DNA of 64,000 nt from Acanthaster planci (Eukaryota): the NCBI RefSeq assembly GCF_001949145.1, contig NW_019091357.1, positions 1,182,671 to 1,246,670 on the forward strand, read 5' to 3'. Position 1 is the first letter of the stretch. Each line of letters starts with the position of its first letter. Positions 13,476-27,023 of this stretch are shown piece by piece. The notes under the pieces are model-generated. The model had not been told where the DNA came from and did no database searches. It saw only the letters and a program-made list of their open reading frames with translations. The position numbers and the translations under genes are program-made.

Positions 13476-15507
13476 GCTTCAACCTAGCGAAGTTTGGAGG
13501 CCTGCTGTAAAGAACGTGCTGCAGTGCGCAATCAACTCCAGATTGATTTCTGTTACAAAAATTGGAAAAATTACGTGTTGAACTTAAATCACAATTTCAT
13601 GTACTGAAACTTACATGTACAAAGAGATCTACATGGAAATATCCAGCATTACAGACTCATGTTATGAAGACTCGTCATTAGGCTCTAACAGTGGATATAT
13701 CCATCTTTTCCAAGATCTGGCCGACTGGAATTAACTCTTCCTAGTCTTGCTAGAGAGAAACCAGGAAAATAACAGACTGTCACCTTGTTACATTGTTGTT
13801 TACCTTGTAACTTAACGTGGTTGACAAGGTAATTTACATCATGTAGCTACCTCGCTTGGAAAGAGTTCCATTTACGGGTAACACTTGATACCCCTGTGTA
13901 CAAACCTAAGAGACTTGTCTGAAAAAAACTGTTTTCTAATTAAATGCTTTGGAATTTTCTTAGCTAAATTTCACTTTTGAGGACATGTTATCACTTTCTG
14001 ACGGCTGTTAAGTGTTACTGTTATACTTAGAACATTTCCAAGGGAAACTTAGTCATGTTAGTGTTGTCCATATAAGGAACTCTTCTCTTCGCTTATAAAA
14101 ACCATATCTGATAAAACAGTTTCATAATCTCACTTCCACCACATCCCACCCCCCCTTTCTTAGCTACTCCTTTCCCCTGATAACCCGCCCAATTTCGCGT
14201 GCCCAGGCCGGCCAAGACGTCCGGCGCGGCATGTCCGACCCGAACAGCGCCACACCGCGCCTATCCACAAAAACATTTTCACCATTTTCTTCTTACAGGC
14301 CAAGGAAAAACTCTACTGCCCGTTTACATAACAATATTCAGAAAAGACAAGCATGAATTCTCAAAGTATACTGCTACACTAATTCATTTATCTCAGGTAA
14401 ATTTGTTTCGATAATGAAAACAAAACACAGAAACTTCAGAGCAAAACTCACACGACACTCGCCTCTTGATTTGCTTGAATTCGCGCATGAAGTTTGAGTA
14501 GGGCGCCCTCTACGTTCACTGGAATCATTTAGTCTGGTAACTTAACCTATGATGTGACATCGAATGCAAACGCACAAGGACTCTGACCTGCCATGTGAAA
14601 ACGAAAAAATCGTGTGCAAACATATGCCAGTTGCATCATCTCTGCTGTTGACTTCGATTTTCTGGGTAATATCAGTAGTTTTTTCCGTTCGTAAGAAACC
14701 ATTCACAGATATTGTTGTGGTGAAAATAGTTTTTCCGTTAGATAGTGTTTTTAATACTTTCATTTTTTATATTTTAGGCCTTCAGACTGATAGCCTGAAG
14801 ATGCTGAATTAAGTGAATTTGGCGGTCTGTCCACATGGTGTCACAGACAGAGCAGTGACACTGCGCAACACAGTGTCACTGTGATGCTTGTGGTAGTGTG
14901 TACACATTATATGTAGGCCTATCATGCCTATATAGTATATACATTCATGTGGTATACTTACCGGTATGTTGGTCGGTTAGGCATGCTAGACTAAACATGC
15001 TACATGACCAATGCCAATCATCAGGCCGTTCGTGCCTAGATGCCAGTCGTTACATCATGTGAAGTTTGTGACAGTCTTTGTCACTATTTTTATCTAGTAT
15101 TTGTCCAGGCTAGGGGAAGGGTTTTCTACCCGTCTGTGTATACAGATGCCCCCCATGACCACACCATCTTTTGACCATTTGATCATAGCCTAGTCATTTT
15201 GGCGTAAATCATTTATGTGGATCATTTTGGAGAAAACCAAGGAAATTTGGAAATGGACATCTTCAGATCTTGGCCAAAGTCACAGAAAGTGTGTTAGTCA
15301 GTTAGCATTGTTAGGTTCTGTCATTGTGTCTGTGTGTTTACGTGTTGAGACATTCAGACTAATTTTTTGTGATGATTTCTGCACAAACTGCTAACTACTG
15401 ACCGGAGCATTTGTCAAGATTATAATTTAAATGTCTCTTTTCCCCTCCATATCTTCTTCATACAGACAGAAGTGTAGTTCTCACACAAGCAACACCGGAA
15501 CTAAATC

Positions 15508-18500
15508 ATGCCGTTGTCTTGTCGATTCTACGAGCAACACTACCCAGAAGTGGAAGATGTGGTTATGGTCAATATCCGCTCCATCGCCGAGATGGGAGCC
15601 TACGTCAACTTGCTGGAGTACAAGAACATCGAGGGCATGATCATGCTGAGTGAATTGTCGAGACGACGTATCCGATCCATCAACAAGCTGATTAGGGTCG
15701 GCAGGAATGAGTGTGTGGTGGTCATCCGAGTGGACAAGGACAAAGGTAGGTCACCTCATTGAAGTACCGCTGTGATTTATTTTCTGCCGTTGAAAAAGTC
15801 CCTCAATTTCCCTTCTTATGTTTGTTCATAAGTTAGAATTCTGTGCAGAGGATAAGGTTGAAAAATTGTCCTTTTTCAAAAGTATTCAGTTGGGTAGGTG
15901 GAAAATTTGGCCCGTCCTGAATTGATAGGTTTGCTAATGTGGTATTCAGACAAGCATTTTTGTCACATATTGATAATAAATAGCATTAAATTTCCTATTT
16001 TCAAACTGATACAATCCAATTTTCCACATAAAAGTAAGATTGTGTTTTGATATCCTGAAAATCACTTTGATAGATACTTTGTACACCATAACCTGATCTT
16101 GAATCAGCAAGTGTGATTATTAAAAACCAATAAAATTCAGTCTTTGAGAACTGAAATGTACTCCGCCTGCTTTGTTTGCATGAAAAAGGTTACATTGATT
16201 TATCCAAGAGAAGAGTGTCGACAGAAGAGATTGCAAAGTGTGAGGAGAAATATGCAAAAGCCAAAACAGTAAGTGAAAAAAAAGGTTTACTTGGAATGGT
16301 CAGTAATTCTGAATTGAAAAGCTGTGGGTAACGTAGGCCTGTCAAAAATCACTATAAAAGAAAAGAAATACCTTTAGATTTCTAGGCCAATACATGTAGC
16401 ATGTCCAAACCTTTTCCAGGTGAGACACAAGGTAGTTCTTTCCTTTTGGTTCTTTCTTGTGTTAAAAACCTATTGCACTGTATTTGAGAAATAGAAATTT
16501 GTACCTGTCCAGTGCCCCTTTGAGATTCCAAAGCGAAACTGATTCATTAGATGTTTTATGTACCTGCCAGTGTTCTATTCGAGTCCATCACAAGTCCTTT
16601 CACAAGTCCTTTCACAAGTTCCTTCACAATTCCAGTCCCAAGTCCCTTCATCAGTCCAGCCATAAGTAACACGATGAACAATGACAAAGGAATGCTTTTG
16701 TCACAGCACATTTGCATAGCCTGAACTGGCTAAAGACAGAATGATATAGGAACTTGCAGGAACTTGCCATGGACTTGAATACAATAATACTACTACTAAG
16801 ACTTATAACGCGCGTTTTCGCAAGTTACAATGCACAGCAAGGACAACTCCAGAAAATAAGTTACGATAAGCTAATGTCAGGAGAACAGATGAGCTTTCAG
16901 TCTAGCCCTAAATTGGTCAAAGGAACTGATGTTATAGATGTTACTTGGTAAGGAGTTCCAGCATCGGGGACCAGACACTGAAAAGGCCCTGTCCCCTGCC
17001 TTTTTGAATGTGTGTGGAACTCTCAGATTGTTAGAAGAGCGAAGGCCACTATGGCTAGGTGCATTAAGGTCATACAACTCTAGTACCTACCCTGTGCTGA
17101 TTCAATGTGAACCTTTGAACTTTTCCCCTCAGGTCAACAGCATCTTGCGGCACGTCGGCGAAATCCTGCACTATGAAAGTGACAGCCAACTTGAAGAGTT
17201 GTACCAGAAGACGGCATGGCACTTTGACCACAAATACCACAGTCCTGGTTATGGCGCTTACGAAGCATTCAAGACCTCAGTCAGGTAAAATGAAACCTCT
17301 GAGTTAGACAACTGCCCCGCGTATGGCAGTACGAAATCTTGTGATGCCCTTCAAGGGTTACACATATGAACCTTTATTGCAACTCATATTGCACCTATCG
17401 GTTAGGGTCACGAAAGTTCGCTCACCTTCTGCTTACAGACTAAGCAGCGCCCTCAAGCAGTCTTGCACAGACTTCAATGAGGCTCCAACTTTTGTTGCAG
17501 TAACACCAACTACGGCTTTCATATTTTCATCACCCTTGACCCACAGTGACCCCTCGATACTGGACGAGTGCCAGCTAGATGAACAAACAAGGAAAGTACT
17601 CATGGAGAACATCCACAGACGGTTAACGCCTCAAGCCGTCAAAATCAGGGCAGGTGATTACCACAAGTCATATGCTATTCTTACAAGTCGTCGACAGTCC
17701 ACCAGTAATGTATTGAGTCCATCAAAAGTCTTTTTACAAGTCCCTTCACAAGTCCAGTCACAAGTCCAGTCACAAGTCCCTTCACAAGGCCAGAATGCTT
17801 TTGTCACAGCTCATTTGAATAGTTTGTGAATTAGCTTAAAACTGAATGACTTGTGATTGACTCGAATGCAACACTGCAGTCCACTTCAACTGTTTCCCAC
17901 AAAATTTCACTCTCAAAGTACATGTCATTAGATGTTACTGTATTTACCTGTATCTTGACACAGAGCACGGTTCTCACAGTGATATGGAAATCTCAGTGTT
18001 TCTTAAACTTCAAAGTTTGACCTGAGAATTGGTCTTACGAGTCTGTAGATGTTTGGTTTTTGTCCCAATCAAGCTGTTGGTATATCTACCTCTTTTCAGA
18101 CATTGAGGTTGCCTGTTATGGCTATGATGGTATTGATGCTGTGAAGGATGCATTGTTCAAAGGCTTGGACCTATCAACCGAAGAAATGCCCATCAAGGTA
18201 TTGGATTACATTTCATTTCTTCCATGTCTTTCAAGAATATCCACCTTCTTTATTATTTGATCATTATATAAATTAACAGATTGGTTCACTGATCATTTGC
18301 TGATGTATTAATTGACAAGTGCAAGGATTTGCCGTGTAATTTTCTGATAAAGTCATGAATTGATTCGTAGGATGAGTTGCTTTATGAACACCTGATGCCT
18401 TCGTTTGTAGTTGACTGTTTTACGTCTTGTTTTAGATCAACCTGATTGCCCCGCCCCAGTATGTCGTGACAACACAGACGCTGGAGCGAGTAGAAGGCCT

Positions 18501-18814
18501 CAAGAAGCTGAACACTGCCATCGAACTCATTAGGAACTCCATCCGAGCGAGTGGAGGAGTCTTCAACGTAGTCATGGCAGTGAGTTTCCCTCCCCTCCCC
18601 ACCATAAACCAAACCGTTACTGTCACAAGTAGTCGTTGCGGGAATTGGAACTATTTTGTTTTCTTTTTTTGGCCTACAGCCCAAGGTTGTCACAGACACA
18701 GAGGAGATGGAATTAGCCAAACATCTGGAGAAATTAGAACAGGCCAACGCGGAGGTTGCTGGAGACGATGATAACGAGGAGGAAATCACCGGTATGGGAA
18801 ATGACGCTGAATAA
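15508..18814 (+). CDS. EIF2S1: Translation initiation factor eIF2-alpha, 7 coding exons, ~317 aa
   Basis: Exons 15508-15745, 16189-16268, 17133-17284, 17547-17653, 18100-18197, 18436-18579, 18680-18814. Ser51 loop [36 protein letters not shown]. Confidence 0.98.
16568..17082. mobile_element. hAT-type MITE with 12-bp CACAAGTCC(C/A)TT subrepeats, right TIR interrupted by an L2 fragment
   Basis: Left end CAGTGTTCTATTCGAGTC; 8-bp TSD GTACCTGC (16560) / GTACCTAC (17083). Same family as 17703-17876 and 59352-59492. Confidence 0.75.
16785..17071 (-). mobile_element. 5'-truncated L2/CR1-clade LINE 3' end
   Basis: ORF2 C-terminus ...[17 protein letters not shown]...[10 protein letters not shown], 3' UTR ending in a (TAG)n/(TAT)n tail, flanked by an ATACAA duplication. 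Confidence 0.8.
17703..17876. mobile_element. hAT-type MITE (12-bp subrepeat family) in an EIF2S1 intron
   Basis: Imperfect TIRs CAGTAATGTATTGAGTC / GACTCGAATGCAACACTG; perfect 8-bp TSD CAGTCCAC (17695 and 17877). Confidence 0.85.
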
Positions 18815-21800
18815 TCTTTCTCAGATGAGACTATATATGGTAGATCTCCATAGCGACACTGTTGCCCGGTTACTATGAATGTCTCAATCAGGTCGTGCTT
18901 CAAGACCTATACTTTTTGCTTAGTGCTGAAAGCAAAAACAAGTCAATGTTTTTTTTTGTTTTTATGTTAGAAAACCATGACTGAATCATAAACCACAGGC
19001 ATTAAAGACCCTGGATGACCTTTGACCCCTAACACCATCTTTCATCAAACTTCCTTATTAAGTAAGAAATGGATCACACCTCAGGAAGTTGGGGCCGTGT
19101 TTGTAAACTCAATAACATATATGCTTAAGAAAAACTGGGGTTTTTTTATTTGAGGTGCATTACACTCTTTAGATGCAAGAAGCAACTTTGTACATACGAG
19201 GGATATATCCAGCACGTTACATGAACTTGATCTTATCAATTCATTTCCCAGTTAATGGGAAATGTGGAATGAGGATACTCTGCTTTCCAACTTTCTTGGG
19301 GGCGATGAAAATTTGTGTCTGCGCCGACAAACCAAATAAACCAAATCAGAGAATTTTAAGCATCATTTCTTCCTTTCTGTGATCAGAATGAGCCCAAAGT
19401 TTGAATTTCATTGCAATTAGGCATAAATTAACAGATGCATGTGGGGCCTTTCATACAATTTATTATCAACACAAGTTCTGTGGTGCTTAGTGCATACTAA
19501 AATATACATTTTCAATACATTCACCATGATTTCTAATCATCTTTGGAAAAATAAAACATTTTTCAGTTTTCTACATTCCATGCGATCTACTATTGCTATG
19601 CACTATTACTGTTGCACTGCATCTTAAACTACGTGAAACTCCTTCCCGAAGGTACAGTCTCTTCTATTTGCATATGTCTGAATACTTATTCAAAGCAGCT
19701 GCATTATTCATATTTCAAAAATATGACAGTCTTCCTAGTTTGTCGTCTACATCTGCTCCAGAGCCAACAGACATTGACATTAATAAATTCATAATTTTGC
19801 ACGCATGTGCACGAATGGCCTTGGTAGCAAGAAGTGTAAGCGGACCACTGAAAAGGACTTTTCACTTGTGATTTTTCTTGTGCGCACAAGATTGCCGTAT
19901 CTAAGCAGGTCTCCTTTCATGCTGCTTCATAGCAAAAACCAATCTGAAGAAAAGGAACTTAGAGCCAGAAAACCCGAGAGAAAATGATGAAAGTCGCGCC
20001 CTTGCACATTTTCAATGGCCGGCTCACACTTCTCGCTGCCAAGGCCATTTGTGCGCATGCTTGCACATTTATGAATTAATTAGTGAAGAGAACTATGGGC
20101 TTCCTACTTTACATCTTATTTGCATATGCAAAGTAGTCACGTTCATCAGTATATACATAAATTCAAAATTTGCCATTACATTTGATATTCTTTTATGCAG
20201 ATGATTATTACTACAGATAAAATTAAGCACTACGATACTCAAACATTTCAACACGTTTTCAAATCATTTTTAAAATCACCTTTGGCAAATTACTCTGTTA
20301 CTTAAATAGTTGTTGACTACAAAAAAAAATAAAGGATAGATTTACATGTATTCTTTCCTGCAATTTATTTTTGGCTCTGATCATATCAAGCACTATGACA
20401 TTCAATAAACACCCAGTTCACATTCCAATACCATCATTTCAATTATTCATTATTTATATAAATCATGGCGCGTCCAACTTTGTGATGAAGTCACTTACAA
20501 ACCGGATAAAATAAAATAAGGACTAATATCCATCTGAAAGCATTAGAACTTAAAATCTATGTAGCAATATGTTCTACAGCTATTGGCCCTTCTATATTTG
20601 CATGCATTTGCATATTCAAGCAACCTAATTATATATGCTTAATCAACAGCAAACCATATCTTCTTCCTGGTGTATTCTCTTAACACCTGTTCCAGGGCCT
20701 ACTGCCCTCCTTATTTACAAACATTTGCATATGCAAAGCAGTTTCACTATTCATCAGGTTTCATAAGCAGTACAGTCTTACCCCTGGCGTGTCCTTTTCG
20801 TACATGTTCCAGGGCCTCGTTGCAATCTTCCATATTGAACACTTTCTCCACAATCGGCTTGATCTGAAAATTGTTTCGAAAAAATCATGGTTATGTTCAA
20901 ACGTTAAAATGCAGCAAGTTGCCACAGGTCCATTTTGGAAGTAGAATCTGTCCATTTTTTCCACCCACTAGGCATTCCAATTCATCAAAATGACAGTGTC
21001 ACATATTAAAGGGAAACACTAGACTTGTTCTTTGTATTAATGCAAATTGACAATAAGTAAACGCATCTCTTTGGAAGTCATTGTACAAGACCTTGTCCAT
21101 GGGGTCATTCCTGACAGAACTGACACTATGGCTCTTGGAAATATGTCAATCAGGAGAATTTCAAAGACTAATTATTGCCATCAAATCTTGAACCATTTTT
21201 ACTCTCAAACCCCCTCAAAAATCAACAATCAAGCTTCCGCCTCACTGTTCTATCAGCCCAGGCTGAAACATGGTTCCAACTCTAAGCATACCTTGTCTTG
21301 TTCCACCAAACCAGCAACAACATCCAAACCTTCAGCACTCGGAGCCAAAAAGCCGTACTTGAAAGTTCTCCCGTGGAACAACTTCTGTTTACCATAAAAA
21401 CAGAGAGAATCACAAAACTACTTATCCCGTAACACTGCACAAGTCAAACGCAACCGTCCCCACTAAATGCCAAACTATTTTTTGACGGCTTAAAATACCT
21501 ATATGATTTCATTTTGCCAAAGTAGCTTGGGTATGCTGGAAAACCAAAAAGTAAATCAATACACAGGCTGCGTCCTGTGTCCAGTAATGTCTTGTAAGAC
21601 ATGAGAAGATGTGACCACTGACCTGTGGGATGCTGATGCGGTACAGGTCATACATGATCTTAGGGGTGCCCAGCAGAAGGCCATACTTGTCCAAAGTCAT
21701 CATGGGGGGTGAGATCAAAGTGACCATACAGCCTCCTCGCTTGCAGAGATTCAGACAGGTCTGGTAGGAGCGCGGACCGAGGCTATCTAGGACCACATCA

Positions 21801-22475
21801 AACCTGCAACATCCAAGGAATCCGAGTAATTGAAAAAAACTGAACAGCGCCCCCCCAGCTTAACTATCAATTTCTTAATCAGTCGCGTGACATAGGACTG
21901 ACTGCATCCAGCCACTTGCCTCGGCTTGTCTTTGAGGGCGCTCTCCAGATCTGTCTTCGAATAATCCACAACCTCATCTGCTCCCAGCTTCTTCACAAAC
22001 TCTTGACCACTGGTGCTGCAGCTGGTGGTCACATGACCTCCCCAGGCCTTCACTAATTGGATGGCGAAGGAACCGACACCCCCAGTGCCAGCGAGAACAA
22101 GAACACTGTAAAAGAAGAGAATGTTTGAAAATAAAAGTGGATAGATAATCCATGGCAACACAACTCCAGAATCAAAATATTCTAACACCCCAAGTAATCT
22201 TTCCTCAGACAGCTTACCGTTTACCGGCAGTATTTCCTGAGGACAGACCAGCAGCTCTCACCAGTGCTCCCCAGGTTGTCATGGCAGCGAAGGTTAAGGC
22301 CGCTGACTGGACATGAGTAAGTGAGCTAGGCTTCTGGGTTACAAGTCCTTCCTTGACGAGGACATACTCCGCAAAGGTGCCAGGTAGTGGGACAATAGAC
22401 AGGACTCCCCACACCTGAGTTCAGAACAAACAATGTCCATGATCCAGTGGCTGAAATGGTATTATTTCCTACATA

Positions 22476-22947
22476 CAGTGGAACGCTGCTATAACGACCA
22501 CGACGGGGTCCACGCTAAATGTTCAGTACAGCGGTCATTCGGTATAGCGAAATCAACTGCCGAACGTTTCATTGCCATGTTGACTAGTGCCCTCTCTTGT
22601 CTAACTGAAGTGCGCCCTCTTACGATACAAATGTACTATGATTCGCTGTTTTCGTGATGTTTTGCCATTGCATTCACATTTTTCTAGGTTTCTAGAAATG
22701 TATCTGAATTCTTTTTGTTTTTTTATTCAATCTTGAGTTACAAAATTGCTATTTAGTTTATCCTAAAAGTCGTGAAGCTACCGCTCACGATCGACCTCTG
22801 ATGCATGCTGTGGCGAATCTCGTTTGATTTGCTAAGTTCTACATAATGTTCGGTAGGTTTTGTACACAAAATATTGGGAACCAAGCACGATATTTGGTAC
22901 AGCCGAATGTACGGTATAGCAGTGTTCGGTATAGTGACATTGCACTG
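22476..22947. mobile_element. Tc1/mariner (pogo/Tigger-like) MITE in a copy A intron
   Basis: TA|CAGTGGAACGCTGCTATAACG ... CGGTATAGTGACATTGCACTG|TA; absent from the homologous intron of copy B (~39140). Confidence 0.8.
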
Positions 22948-24235
22948 TATTGACATTTCAAACATCAAATTTTTGTGGCGCCACAGATCAACGTTTATAC
23001 ACGGCATTCACATATAGCCAATGGCACTGAACATCTTCCTACAAATATGGTGTCCTACGAGAGATCTATATGATCAACATAATCCTGATGCTACAACTCT
23101 GTGGTCACAGAACTAGGAACCAATGAGATATGATCACTGAGATGGAATCCTTTTGTGAAGCAGTTCCTGCATTCTTGCATGTTTCCAAACCAATTTTGCC
23201 AGCGTGCCTTCTAGCCCAGAATTCAATTGAGATTGAAGCAAACTGGTTGAGCCTTTGCACTGTTGATAAGACTGCGTGTACCCTATAAGTCACATGAAAT
23301 GGTATTTACCTCGTCACCTACTTTGACCTTTGACACGGACTTCCCCACTGCCTCCACAACACCGGAGAAATCTTTGCCAAAAATCAGAGGAAACTCTTGC
23401 CATCGCCAGCGGCTATCTACAGTTATTTTTTTTTACAAAAGGTAAAAAGCATCAATTAATTCAAACTGCTTTGAATAAAAGCCAAAATTTTGATGTGGCA
23501 GAATCGCATCCTGATTCCCAACTGTGACAGGTGCCTCGGGGAAACTGCATACTTGAAAACATGAACATTTGAAAAGCATTATTTTGATGTTAAGAATACA
23601 GAACTTTGATGAATCATCAAGTCTCTGCAGTTTACAAGTAAAATGGATTCCCCATTAGTAAAATAATTTTGTATGCCCACAGCACATTAAAAAATAGATA
23701 CCTAGCAAATTGGAAACAGAAATACCTTCAGCTTTCTGCGGAGAAAGTTTAATATTCTCTTTCCAAATCCTTCCCTCATCTTGATGTCAATGGGATTGAT
23801 GGTTGTTGCATGGACTCTCACTAGCACATCGTGTGGTAAGACCACCTCAGGCCTGGGGTGTGTCTCGCACACCATCGGCACATCACTCCCATATGACTTG
23901 GTCAAGAGCGCCCTCATGCTGTGGCTCCCAGAATAGTAGACCGCTTTGGTGGCTGCATGGATTTCCTTGTACCAGACACACAGCGCGCCCACCCAGAGTG
24001 CCACCAGACCAGCGTTCAACGTGGCAGATGACACTGTAAATGATGTTGCAAAACATTGACAAAATGACAAGTTTGAAAACCCGAGGCATTCGCAAGCGAT
24101 CTTTAGATACCTCTGTTGAAACGGTTCGTAAGGTTTACTGCTGATAAAAGGACATCTCAAAACTTGAAACATTCTTATCGCTTACCATAAAAGTAGAACC
24201 TTACTGAATGTCCCATTGGGAATTTGGCTCATATT

Positions 24236-24382
24236 CAGGGGGGAGATTGACCAATGATAAAAACAAAGAAGCTGAACTGTGAAAATCTCCTCTACTTTTG
24301 TACACAGCCTGTGAGGAAAAAAGCTGAAATCTAGAACAAAAAAAGCTGAAATCATCTAAAAAGCTGAGAAATCTCACCCCTG
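24236..24382. mobile_element. MITE with CAGGGG termini and a 6-bp TSD
   Basis: CAGGGGGGAGATT / AATCTCACCCCTG, TSD CATATT on both sides, internal AAAGCTGAAA repeats; second copy at 63662-63830. Confidence 0.75.
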
Positions 24383-26672
24383 CATATTTTTCGTAAGTTG
24401 ATTTCTTGTATGTGGAGGAACGTTGCATTTCTGATGATATGAACCTCAAGCAAGTGCTGCTAAAATTATATCCTGAATTGAACTAAAATTAGGCCTACAA
24501 GACGGAGTTCCTTTAAAGGAACCAGGAAATAGAAAGATTTTTATAAATTTTACTAAAAACCCTTGAAATTGCCTCTTTGGGTTTCAACTAACCTATTTCA
24601 AATTTTAGTTTTGCAATTTTAACCGACATTTTTATGCTTTTAAGGTTTTATGCTAATGATATTTGCATATTTATGAGCAGAACTATGATGTCATCCAAGG
24701 CACTGAATCTCAATGTTGCACTGATTTGTGCACAGAAAATTTCTAGATTTTTTAAACCACTGCTATGGCAGATTTTATTTTCTTTGGCAATTTATTGCTA
24801 TGTAAGTTTATGGCAATCATCCAGCAAAAATCCTTTTCACTCACAGAAAAGCTCCCAGATAGCAAATTTGGGGTTCACACTTTGAACATGAAAACATGCA
24901 ACCCGAACCATGTCTTCCCGGATTTCATCAAAGCAAAAGTGCCCTCACTTGTCCAGAAATGCTTGGTCAATCTTCAATGTTTGAAAAAGTGCACCATTCA
25001 GTTCATGTAACTCATCAAAAAAGATGTCGAACAGTCTTCATAGGTTTTAAAAATTGTCCAGAGGGAAATCCGGCTGGATGTTCATTATCTCGTGGACTTA
25101 GGATTCCCAAGTGAGTGAACAAATAATGTCTCCAGTCTAGGGTTATCCCAACATTATGACACTCGCAGCGGGGGGGGGGGTCATGACAAGTGCTCTTGCC
25201 GTCTTGCCTTAACAGCATTTTTCCAGGGCCAAGAGCAATCGGTATATTTACCTTAAATCTGCCTCTTGGAAGTTGGAAAATGAAACACTGTGGATTCGTG
25301 GGGGAATAAACTTCATCGAACAGTAAAGTTAATGCAGTCAGCTTGTGTTCGCGACGTGACATACAGAGTGCATGCAGTGACGTGACTGGGCGAGTACGGC
25401 CACCTCCATGGTGGTACGGCTGTGCACGTGCGTGCGTAATTCTGCTCCATGTCCACACTTTCACATCTGAGTTTACATGTCAGTTGAAGTCCAAAATCCA
25501 TTCTCAGCTTACTAATTAATAATTATGGGTACAGAGAAATACTATCTGGAAACGTGGGCGGTCTTATTGCTGGAAATCGTAGTTTTTGTTGACGAAAATC
25601 CTCTCAGCTGCTCAGTGCTCACTTCGATCTAAACAGCCGCCATGTTCCGGTTTGAACCAAAGATAGTATCAAAGACAGTATAAAAATATAGCGCCGCCTG
25701 GCGGCGCCGCGCAGCTATGGCGCACTGAAGCAATTCAAGCTCCATTGAAAATAGCATAAAATCAACCAGGTTTGGAGCCCCATGCATGGCAGGCAACTGA
25801 AGTCCCTGAGGCCTCTCAAACAAAAAACAATGTGTTGTTTGGTCCTTCAGATTTCATTTGATTTTCAATTTTTAGGAGGTTAACCTATGAATTTTTTAAT
25901 TATCCGCCAAAAACAATTTCACCCCCCCAAAAAGTCAATGTTCCAAAGTCTTCTCAGCGGCCATTTTTCAAATGACATCCCTCACCTTTCGGGGCTCTTC
26001 TGACAAATTTTCAGTCACATTTTTGTCTGCTTTACCCCCAGATGGGTGCCCCTGAATCTACAGAGATGATTCCGGGCCACACTGGCACAATCCCACCATT
26101 TCTTGGCCCAAACAGACCCCTCTTTTTGAAAGAATCTTTGGGGGGGGGGTACTTTTTATGCGCCTCATCCAGGCGGAGAATTTTCCTCGAATTGGGTCAC
26201 TGCACCCCATACTATCTTTGGTTTGGACTATACCATTAGGCTTCGGGGTAATTGGGTTGGCAAAAGTTTTGCGTTAAGAAAATCTCTTTTCGTAGATAAA
26301 TTTTGATTTCAAATTTATCCAGTATCTCTCATTTTTATATTATACTTATTTTCCTGTTGTTTCAGTTTTAATGCGTGATGTGAACTTCAACCGTTTTTTT
26401 TTTTTTTTTGGTTACTTCTACATTAGGGCCCATCCGTTTTCTACACACACACTACACATAAATTCGGCTCACTGTTTCCGGATGCGCTCTTTTAAAACGA
26501 AACTTCAACAAAATAGACAAAATTTCTGTATCCTCGAAAACTGCAGCATTCAGAATATGGGTACAAATGTTCAACAAATTGACTGAGGCTGTTGGTTTCT
26601 TTCTTTCACAAAATCTTTAAAAAGAATATTCGGCAGTCCCGGGAACATTTATGTAACCGTAACTTAGGGTTA

Positions 26673-27023
26673 GGGTAAGGGCAAAACCCGTTATATAAAT
26701 TAAAATCCCCAACGCAAAAATACATCTTGAAAATAGTTCGCGGTACCCGCTGCTTCACCTGACTCGGACCGGCCAGCCAATCCCGGCAAGCTTGGTGGTC
26801 GAGTGGTTAAGACGTCTGCACTAGTAAGCAGGGGGGTCGTGGGTTCGAGTCCCACCCGAGTAAGCTTGTGACTTTTCTGCAAACTCTCGGACAAGCACTG
26901 AGCATACAGTGTTTATTAATATACATGTTGGGTAAGGGCGTAACCCGTTATAGAAATTAACATCTCCCCAACGCAAAAATACCTCTTGAAAATAGTTCGC
27001 GGTCCCCACTGCTTCACCTGACT
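26673..27023 (+). repeat. tRNA-Thr(AGT)-like module (26790-26862) between ~90-bp direct repeats
   Basis: TGGTCGAGTGG A box, CTGCA-CTAGTAA-GCAG anticodon arm, GTGGGTTCGAGTCCCAC T arm; direct repeats at 26673-26764 and 26931-27023. Confidence 0.7.

Noticed and set aside
15365..15430. C/D snoRNA (GTGATGA...CTGA) in the EIF2S1 5' intron
   Set aside because: Boxes only ~25 nt apart, no terminal stem and no recognisable guide.
17654..17829. Gln/Ser/Val repeat extension of an EIF2S1 ORF
   Set aside because: Read-through into intronic MITE 12-bp subrepeats.
24186..24216. Mini first exon MGHSVRFYFY that would splice in frame to copy A
   Set aside because: The exon at 27233-27095 is homologous to copy B exon 5 and explains the N-terminus better; this one is likely chance.
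26790..26862. Functional tRNA-Thr gene
   Set aside because: Weak acceptor stem, extra base in the anticodon arm and embedding in a repeat unit; treated as tRNA-derived.
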